A stretch of DNA of 64,000 nt from Narcine bancroftii (taxonomy: Eukaryota). The stretch covers positions 83,266,001 to 83,330,000 of the forward strand of contig NC_091474.1 of the NCBI RefSeq assembly GCF_036971445.1, written 5' to 3'. Both the position numbers and the translations under genes were made by a program. This document shows positions 13,176 to 22,564 of this stretch, piece by piece. The notes under the pieces were generated by a model that made no database searches, was not told where the DNA came from, and worked only from the letters and a program-made list of their open reading frames with translations. Positions within the stretch are counted from its first letter, which is position 1. Each line of letters begins with the position of its first letter.

Positions 13176-15089
13176 CTCAAAAGGACCCCAACCCGAAATG
13201 TTAACTGTCCACATCTTTCTGTGGATGCTGCCTTGCCCGCTGAGTCCCTCTTTGCTTGTTGAAGATTCCAGCATTTGCGGGTTCTCTTAACCTCTGCTCT
13301 GAGGCACAGCTTTGATGAGTGGAAATGAGCCATTCTCCAGGTATCCTGGCTATTAGTTGCACCTCATGCCATAGGTCATCTCCCCAGTGACAATGCATTG
13401 ATTGCATTTGCTATGTGTCAACTGCCTGAAAGCTTTCCTACACTACACCACCAACAATAATTCAAAACTATCTATTTCTTTAGCTCGACAGCCCTCTGCA
13501 GCAGAATGTTGTAGGAATACAAGTCTCTGTGTTTGGATGTTGAGAAAGAATAAACAGAAACACAAAAGCAATAAATAATACCTTGAATTATGTATCTGGA
13601 GATACATGGGATTTATTCCAATATTTCAAGGGGTTAAGATACTTGATGTATCCCTGAATTTCAAAAGTCTTTCCTTCTTTGAATCCATTGTCATAGTGAT
13701 ATATTGGAGGTCAGACTAAATATTCGATTTTGTTACCATTCAAGATTCGCAATAAAAGAATCTTACCTGCAGTCCATTCACACTGACGCAATTGGAACTG
13801 ACTGTCAACCACATCTTAGCACCTGCTATATACAGCGGGGTCCCAGAAATCTAGTGGACACATTTTACTTATTGGCTATTGGTTCATTTCTTTGGCATTT
13901 CACCTTTCTATTAGTTGTTGGTTCTAATTTAAAAGAAAGAGAAAATGTTTTGGTTCTTTAAAATCAAGTTACAGGATGCGGGCGACGCAGTCGAGGGGAG
14001 GGCATCCTGTCTGCCTGGAATGCGGGGTTGCTGGAGGCTGGCCCATGGGAACCAGGTTTCGGAACTGGGATTCAAGAGGGTGCTGAGGGCAAGAAGGGAT
14101 CCCAAAGGAGCTCGGGTGCTGAAGACTTCCTTATTGCATTGGAGATTTGGATCTGGAGCTTGGGTTCCCGATGAACCGAACATATATTTATTGTTACACA
14201 TTTTTAGACACATGGCATGGTAACAGATCCTTTTGGCACACAAATCTGCGCCACCCAATTACAGTCAATTAACCTATAACATATTGTAAGGGCACCAGAA
14301 GGAAATTTTCCGTAATATTACATGACAATAAAGGACAATTGGACAACAATGACTTCAATGTACTAACAATGCCTCAAAGATCAGCAAATACACTTTAATA
14401 CCGAGCAGCATGCAGGGAGATAAATGCATGTGAATAGAACGTGGATCAATGCACCATGCTACTTAGGGAGGGAGAGTTTGGAAGGGAAATTCATGACTTG
14501 GCTGAAGACATAATCATTTTGGGAAATGCAGTGTCAGGAACTGGCAGGAATTGTGGAGCTGGTCAAGACCACAATGGGATTTGAAAACATGGTTGAGTGA
14601 TTTAACAAAGTTATGCTTCATCATGTGCTGCCATTAGTTAACAAGGATAGGGGTGGTGGATAAAGGGATTGAGTGTGAGTTAGGACATGGACAGAGAGTT
14701 CTCGATGACTTTGATTTTAAATTTGGAAAGACAAGCCAGCCAGAAGTAACTGAGGCAAGGATGAGAGTATCAGCAGTTGAATTGATACAGAGGAATTGCT
14801 TGATGTCACTAACACAATGTCATCTTACCTGAATCATTCAAAAATATGCAGTGTCCCATCACATCGTCCAATGAACTCTTAGCTGAGTATTTTTCTCTCT
14901 GCTATTTGTCCATTCCAAACTTTGTCAGTGTGTGTGAAAAAATCCTTCCATCAATCGAAACACTGCTCCTTCATCACCTTGAACTCGGACCCTTCTCCAC
15001 ACCCTGATGGTTTGGTTTGAAATAATCCACCACTTTCTAAATGGTGGGACTTACACAAGGAAACTCAAACTTCTCCACTTCAATTAAAA

Positions 15090-16598
15090 TTTAAAAATTG
15101 GTCCATAGATTTTATTTGCCAGCTCACTCATGAAAAATGATCATAATGCCTATGTGGGATTTACAGAATGCAAATTGATAAAATCAACATCTTACAACAT
15201 GCCAGTGTGAATGATTTTCACAATTTTCAAACCAAATCTCAAATCACTATGTGCAAAATAAAGATGATTTTTAATAACAAGATTTTAAATGGAAAATATA
15301 TACTTCCCCAGACCTGAACATTTTTTAATTAAAATTTGACTTTTTCAAAAAGTGAAGCTATTTGAGCATAGAGATCATTTCATGGCAAATCTTCTGTGTT
15401 CTTAAACAATACAATCAAAAAGTTAAACATTTCTGTTTCTACCATGCTGCAGGATGACGGCACATCTTCAAAAAAAAATGTGCAAGGAAGCCAAATCATT
15501 TAAAATACTGTGAATAGAAGCCTTTTGAAACCAATTTAGTTAAGGTTGTGGGATGGAAGACAATTCTATTATTAATGGAGGCAGAATTGGGTATATTTAA
15601 ACTAGTTTTCATCTCTCAGTTCCACCTACAATTAACATTGCTGCTTAATAAAGGGTAGTAACATGCATTAGTGTACCAGAGTGAGTGGGCCAAAGAAACA
15701 TCCAGAACGTGAAACACGAAAGAGTACAAACAATATGATGGTGGTAAAAACACTCTGAAATGCTGGAGGAACTCAGCGGTCTTTTCAGCATCCATAGGAG
15801 GTAAAGATATATTGCTGATGTTTCGGGTCTCAGCCTTTCCCAAAACATCGGCATATATCTTTACCTCCTGTGGTTGCTGAAAAGACCGGCTTAATTCCTC
15901 CAGCGTTTCTGTGTATTTTTAAAACATCCAGGACTAATTCGAGCTAAGTCTGTACTCAATCAAGAGTAATCTGAGTTTGCACGCAGTACATAAGATCTCT
16001 CTCTCTCTTCTATTGGGGAGATTCTGCATTAAAGTTGATGTCGGACATGTTAACATCACATATGATCCTTTAGGCATAGTTCAAAGGGTAAACATTCTTG
16101 CCCACAATTCAAAAGGTTAAGAGTCTAAGACTAGATCTAAAGATTGAGTCCAAAGCTTCAAGTGCAGTCCTGATGCAGGTGTGTACTCCTGGATTCTTTC
16201 GGATATGAAATTAAATGAAGGACTTTCAGGTGAATGCAGACCTTGAGTCAATCTTTCGGAAACAAAATCAGGCCAGTCCTTCCCACGGTCCTGGGAAGTA
16301 TTTATCCCAAACTTACAACGAGAACCGATTATTGAGTTGGAATCACCTTAATAGTTTGCAGGAGGTCTCTGTGCAAAAATGACCATCATGTTCCTTCATT
16401 GCACCCGGCATACCTGACTGATTTAAGGCAGTTTGGGAGCCCTGGCGCTTGTGAATAAAAAGTCCTTGTTCATCCACTGGAAGTGGCACAATATCATTAG
16501 TTTGTACAGGTACCTTTTCCGAAGATGAAACCCCAATCTTGGAGTGGCCAACATTAAAATTAATTTTGCATTTCAAATGATTGTAAATTCCACCTTTG
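15090..16598 (-). other. slc29a3: Probable slc29a3 3' UTR with polyadenylation signal
   Basis: Minus-strand AATAAA (plus-strand TTTATT at 15111-15116) followed by a GU-rich tract on the minus strand. ATTAAA alternatives near 15270 and 15325. Confidence 0.5.
15745..15921. repeat. Palindromic Penelope-type element (about 80-bp arms, 11-nt loop) in the slc29a3 3' UTR
   Basis: Arm 15745-15827 (tgctggaggaactcagcggtcttttcagcatccataggaggtaaagatata...) is the near-reverse complement of 15839-15921. Confidence 0.9.
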
Positions 16599-17271
16599 CT
16601 AAATGAGATGAACAACAAGGACAGAGAAGCCGGAACCAGCAGCTAGACCCAGAGCAAGAAAGAAGGACATCACAATTCCAGCATGCTCGGACAATTCTTT
16701 CGGCACAAGCTTTGGTCCATAAATCATTGGTAGTGTCCCCAAGTACCCATTGGTGAAGCCCAAAACTGAGACGTAGATAGCTGGATAAAAATCCTGAGTG
16801 AAGAATACCGTGTGCAAGTGTTCCCGGGGTTGATAGTTACAGAAAATGAATAAAGGCAGGAGCAATGTCCGCAACACCACGAGGACGGGAAGAAACATAC
16901 TCTTTGGTCCAGGGATTTGGATCCAAGCAGTTACCTGTCGACCTGCCCAGTCTGCAAAATTGTACAAGAGGAAGCAGGTCAAAGGTGCAAAGTATTTGGT
17001 GGTCCACACGCTGTCTGAATTCGTTGAAACTGACTTGATGTTGGAAGAGATGGAAGGGAAAATGATAATGGAAACAAAAAAGGTGTAAAACACACTGAAG
17101 CCCAGGGCCGCAGTCTTCATGAGGATCGATTTCAAATGAGATGTTGTAGTGGCATTGCAAGACAGGGAATCACTCCTGTCTGACCCTTTCAAAGAATTGG
17201 TTTCATTGCTCTGCATGTTGCAGTTTCCATCTCCGAGATGCCTTCTTTCACTCAGATTCCTCAGGTAGTAG
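16599..17271 (-). CDS. slc29a3: SLC29A3 last coding exon (exon 6; 673 nt including TAG)
   Basis: ccatag|CTACTACCTGAGG is in frame with ORF 16599-17216. Motifs [68 protein letters not shown] match ENT TM7-TM11. Confidence 0.97.
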
Positions 17272-17360
17272 CTATGGAGTCACATTTAAAAAAAACACGT
17301 CAATGTTCAAATGTAGCATGTTTAAGACAGGTCAAACAGGTTTACAGAACATATTTTCTT

Positions 17361-18048
17361 ACTACAGTAAAATCCCTGGTATCCGGCACGTCTGGGGATT
17401 GGTGGATGCTGGTTAAGTGTATTTTCTGGTGCTTGAGACTTACTCTTCCGATGCCTAACGAATACACTTGCATTAAGAATAAACAATTCAAAAGACAAAA
17501 ATACTGTACTGACACTGAACAAACCTCACTTGCATGCATACATGCACTTTATTATCAGCAACATTCTTTGAAAACATTAACCGTCGCTGCACCCGCGGCG
17601 GGTTCCTCCCCCTCCATGGAGCTGCCCAAAATGAACAATAACATTATAGACAATTAACTCCACCCTCCCCCAAGTTTACAGATAAAGCTTCTGACTGGGA
17701 TGGCTCTTACTAAGCAGGGACAAGGAGACACTTGAAGAGAGTCGCCCCAACAGTGAGCAGTATCAACCAGTTCCATCCTGGGTAACACCATTGCTGTTTC
17801 ACACTTTATTCAAACAGCTGCTATGAGCAAAGCATGACCAAGGCCCTCCGCTGGCTGAACATTTACTCCTACCTTCACCGAAGGTATATGTGCTACTTCA
17901 GAGAATACTTACTTTTACAATTTTAAATTAACTTTTTTTTTTAAACTGTTAGTTTATTCTTATTTATTTTCAAAATAATTTATTTAATTTTCCTCCTTTT
18001 TTTTTTGCCAGTTGCTTGAGGCTGCTGTTTGCTTGTGTTTTTACTGTA
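17361..18048. mobile_element. Tigger/pogo-like non-autonomous DNA transposon
   Basis: TA-CAGTAAAATCCCTGGTATCCGG left end and ...gtttttACTG-TA right end. Related ends at about 26754 and 46432-46641. Confidence 0.6.
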
Positions 18049-18684
18049 TCCAAGAGTAAACTCATTTGAGATATGCAAAAGTATGAGGTAGATGGCAAGA
18101 TGCCATTTCACTAAATGGAGAGTCTACACTCAGGAGCATGGCCACAGGACAAAAACTGAAAGGTCACTTGTCATTTCATAAAATCGTGGTTGATTCTTTT
18201 CACCTCAGCACCAGTCTCCTGTTCTGACCCCAACGTTCTTTATTCTCCTTATATAAAGTATAAATATTGATCTCTAATTTGTTTACTAGTTGAGCCTCAA
18301 CCTTGGGCAGAGAATTCCGAAGATTCACTAACCTCTGGATGAAGACATTTCTCCTCATCCGTGTAGTGAATTAAACCACAACCCTGGACAGGGAAAAACA
18401 ATGACCCTGGTTCCATCTGCCCCTCATTCTGCTTTCACCTATTACTTACCTGCCCCTGTCCCCCCCAAGTCTGCTCTTCTCCCTTCCCTACCTGGATGTT
18501 TGTGACCACCATCTATCCCCCTCTTCAGTCCTCTATCACCTATCAACCCATCTCACCCTTCCCTCTTTTTATTGGCTATCTTCCTTCTCCACTCTTAGTC
18601 CTAATGCAGTTCAACATACACATTTGCACATTTTTACACCAAAGATTGCTGTTCCATCCAGGTGTTCTTTTACAATTGAATGAT

Positions 18685-19350
18685 GACAACTTACGTGAAT
18701 AGGGTGGTGAAGAAGGCTTTTAGTATTCTGGCCTTTATCAATCATTGCATGGAATATAGGAGTTGGGAGGTGATGTTGAGATTGTATAAGACGTTGGTGC
18801 GGCCTAATTTGGAGTTCTGTGTGCAGTTCTGGTCGCCTAATTATAGGAAGGATATAAACAGAGTGGAGAGAGTGCAGAGAAGGTTTACCAGAATGTTACC
18901 TGGGTTTAAGCATCTAGAGTACAGGGAGAGATTGGACAGATTAGGTCTTTATTCTTTGGAGCGTAGAAGGTTGAGAGGGGATTTGATAGAAGTATTTAAG
19001 ATTATGAAAGGGATAGACAGAGTGGATGTGGATAGACTATTTCCGTTAAGAGGAGGAAAGATTAAAACAAGAGGACATGAGTTAAGAATTAAGGGGCAGA
19101 GGTTTAGAGGTAACATGAGGAGGAACTTCTTTACTCAGAGAGTGGTAGCCGTGTGGAATGAGCTTCCGGGAGAAATAGTGGTGGCGGAGTCAATTGTATT
19201 ATTTAAGAAAAGGTTGGACAGGTATATGGATGAGAAGAAGATGGAGGGTTATGGGCATTGTGCAGGGAGGTGGGACTAGAAAGGGGTGTTTGGTTCGGTG
19301 CGGACTAGAAGGGCCTAATGGCCTGTTTCCGTGCTGTAATTGTTATGTTA
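18685..19350 (+). mobile_element. CR1 LINE 3' fragment, reading frame intact
   Basis: 199-aa ORF (LVRPNLEFCVQFWSPNYRKD...LRGDLIEVFKIMKG...RNFFTQRVVAVWNELP) and ttatg-repeat tail. Confidence 0.92.
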
Positions 19351-19706
19351 TAAACTTGAACTTGAATCCTTTATCCTGCCTCTGTAGGATCCTCTCAGGT
19401 CCACCAGTTTCCTCCAGTGGTTTGTTTTTTGCTCCTGATTGCAGCATCTGCACTCTCCAATTGCTGGCCTCATTGAAAGGATGTCCATTATTAGAATGTA
19501 TCATAAAAAATAAAGTAGCCACTGAAGTAGAACTCCTTGTATTCAAACCTCTCCATGACCTCATTCCCTCACTAACTCTAAACTTTCAAGATCTCTTCAA
19601 TTTTGCTTTTCTCTGAATTTAATCAGTTTACTTTGGTAGCTGTCCCAATGATGGCACATTCCTCCCTGGACCTTCCCACTGCTCATTCCTTCCTTGTGAT
19701 ACACAT

Positions 19707-20348
19707 TAGGCCCTTTCATGCCAAGCCTCCGTCTGGAGGTCGACAATAAGTGCGGAGGGAAAAATGTAAACTGACCTTTCATGGAGCAGCCCTGTGTCGT
19801 ATTCATGTTGAGTGAAGCTTCATAGCACCCTCCAGAGTCGCTGAAGGCAGTGTCGTGGCACCGCCTGTCATAAACACACAGCAGAGCAATAGCCGTCTTT
19901 CCCACCCATCATCCCCCACTTGCAGCTGGAATCGTTCTGGGAATCAGAGAGCAGTTCCACCTGCGTGGGGAAGACAGCCATTGCTCTGTTTTGAGGAGCT
20001 GCTGATGAGCGGCCCTGAAGGCCGAAACCCCTGATAGCTCCTGCTCTGACGGGTCCCGCCAGCTGCCCCTGCCCTGAGGGTGTCATGGAGCGAGAGGGGT
20101 GTGTAAGTGGGAAAGAGAAGGGAGATGGGTCGCTGGCTAACGGTATAATTGCAACAACATCAGCCCGCCAGTCGCTTGCAGTGGCATTACATTCATGCGA
20201 GGCGGTGGAGCGCAGCGCTCCGCCGATGATTCTTCCCTGAGAGGGATTGCAGTTGGCACCTGGGAGCCAACCATGGCACATTCATGGAACTAAGTCTCCC
20301 GACGTGAGGGTGGAGAATCTCTGCTGTTTCACTACATGAAAGGGCCTA
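19707..20348. mobile_element. Unclassified non-autonomous element with perfect 14-bp terminal inverted repeats and a structured interior
   Basis: TAGGCCCTTTCATG (19707-19720) and CATGAAAGGGCCTA (20335-20348); internal hairpins at 19726-19739, 19882-19988, 19994-20042 and 20203-20225. Confidence 0.65.
19994..20059 (+). ncRNA. Hammerhead-ribozyme-like core (variant or degenerate)
   Basis: CTGATGA (20002-20008), GGCC-ctgaa-GGCC stem II, GAAA (20024-20027), closed by AGGAGCTG/TAGCTCCT. The cleavage triplet is non-canonical in this fold. Confidence 0.35.
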
Positions 20349-20351
20349 TTA

Positions 20352-20610
20352 AAATTAAATTTTAAATTTAGACTAACGGCTGGAGAACAGGCCATTTCTC
20401 CACGAGTCCGTGCCACCCAGTTTATACCCCATTAACCTACACGTATACATTTTGAATAGTGGGAGGAAACCGGAGCCCCTGGAGGAAACCCTCGCAGACA
20501 CAGAGAGAGAATACAAACTCCTTACAGACAATGCAGGACTTAAATCCTGGTCCTCATCACTGGTGCTGTAACAGTGTTGTGCTAACCTCTACGTTTACCA
20601 TGCCGCCCCT
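20352..20610 (-). mobile_element. HE1-like tRNA-derived SINE
   Basis: Full-length reverse copy with aaattt-repeat tail at 20352-20370. Confidence 0.75.
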
Positions 20611-20694
20611 GATATCTCACATGGCAGAATAAAATGTTGGTGTCTATGTCACTTGAATAATTTTTATATATAAAAAGGTATATGTAAATAACAG

Positions 20695-20925
20695 TGTGAT
20701 AGTACAGATTCTATCACCAATGTGTATATGTACAGATGGCAGTGTAGGATGACTGTGATTGGCTGAGAGTGTTGCCACACCTACTGGCAGGTCTTAAAGG
20801 ATTGCTCCTAGCCAGACCAGGTCATTCTGGACTGGTCAACCTACTTGTTATATGCTCCAGTCTTTTAGTTAATAAAAGCCTTGGTTTGGATCAACAAGTC
20901 TTTGGTTCTTTCGACGCGCTCTACA
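20695..20925 (+). mobile_element. Solo LTR (231 bp)
   Basis: TG...CA termini; perfect 5-bp TSD AACAG (20690-20694 and 20926-20930); internal GATTGG (CCAAT), TATA-like cttaaa and AATAAA at 20871. Confidence 0.88.
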
Positions 20926-21999
20926 AACAGTAGCTGGTGAATGGTTTATTGTGTTTGATTTGATACGTAACACTACCAACTGGCAACAGAGACACAGAGT
21001 TTTGGATGGAGCACATGGTTTGCAACCTACCTTTGTACCAGATAGAATTAAAGCTCCCATCAATTTTAGTCTTTGTGGACTTTTAATGCAAATATCCCAA
21101 CCACGTGAGAAACATAATCTAGTGCAATATGAGGCAAATTATAGTTTGCTGAAGCTAACCTGAACCGTATTCAACCTGTGTGAAATGCAAGTGTCGAAAC
21201 TAATTTACAAACAAGAAAAAACTTGGGAGCATTTTATTCCCCATTAGTCTCGTTCAAGTCGAGAGACAAGAGTCCAACTGTTGATAGGATTGTAACATAC
21301 ATTTATTAGCCGTTACAGGGACTGTCTGAATTTTAATTACGCTGCAGGAAATCAATGTAGAGGATGTCAGTGTAGATAAATAGAATACCTTTCCACTTCA
21401 CGCTCCCTGCGCCCTTGTGCATGCACCATTCGAACTCCAATACAGGAGGGCATGGACACAGAACATTTCCCAATCTCTTCAAGGGAGATATATCTAATGA
21501 ATGTCAATACATCCACATCTCTGAGGTGGAACTCCATATAAATATCATTGCCCTTAAACTCGTGCACTTGAGGAATCGTGCTGCAAAAAATTATTTCCTC
21601 TAGTTAGATTATTTATCATCTCAATTTTAAAATCCTCAAACTCCTCTGGCCCTCGGCACTCCCGATCTCTAAAATCCAATAGCCTGATGACTTTCAATGG
21701 TGTCCAATGAGATGCTGTGGTGACATAATTAAAGGATATTCAAGGCACTAGAATTGATAAAAGCCACAAACACTGTCTACACTTTACTGCTTCTGTAAGA
21801 TTCTCCTCAAAGTCCAAGGCTTGCACCAAACTTTTGGATATTTTTCATGGACAATGGAATCCCCATGAAACAGAATTCAATCAACTGGAAAATGGAAAAG
21901 CAAAAATAATTGGAGAAAATAACTTCCCCAACTTATGGCCGTAATTCAGACCAAAGGATCGGTCGTATCTCAGAATGGACGCATGTGGGAATTGCATAC

Positions 22000-22473
22000 A
22001 TTTGTTTAAAAAAATTAAAGAATACATATAAAATTTACATGGTTTATGTTACATTTGACAAACTATAACAGGATACAGATCATGTAAGAGCTGGGGTCCG
22101 TAGACTGGGTGCAGCCATCTTGATTCCTGTGCACATGTGTGAGTGCCCAGTTCCCGTATTGGAATACGATTGGCACGTGTGCAGTGGGTTCGCGATTTGG
22201 AGTTTGGTGAGAGCACGCGTGAGAATTAAGCACCCTAACGATATTGAATTTGCGTCCTTAACTCTTGTGCATGCACCATTCGAACTACAATACAGGAGGG
22301 CATGGACACAGGAATCAAGATGGCCACGACCAGCCTACAGACCACAGAATGCGGACTAACAAGATAAGTACGCAAATATTGGCTCTTACATGCCATCTAC
22401 CTCTGTTATAGCTTGTCAAATAAAACATAAACAGCGTAAATTTTATATTTTTTCTTCATAATTGTTAACAAAT
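22000..22473. repeat. Foldback/MITE-like element with about 90-bp imperfect inverted arms
   Basis: atataaaatttacatggtttatgttacatttgacaaactataacag...catgtaagagc versus gctcttacatg...ctgttatagcttgtcaaataaaacataaacagcgtaaattttatat. Confidence 0.7.
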
Positions 22474-22564
22474 TTTCATTGTATGTGCGGATGAACGCAA
22501 GTCACATAGGTAACAACATCATTGCGACATTATCAGCCCACCCTTAGCTGAAGGGTCCTTTTCA

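Noticed and set aside
1-15000. Expected cdh23 5' exons downstream of slc29a3
   Set aside because: No CpG island or cadherin-like peptide seen; the lone minus-strand donor near 320-328 lacks a supportable exon.
19995-20041. SECIS element reading (ATGA...AA...TGA)
   Set aside because: Spacing from ATGA to AA is 9 nt, helix II does not pair, and the site is intronic and antisense to the gene.
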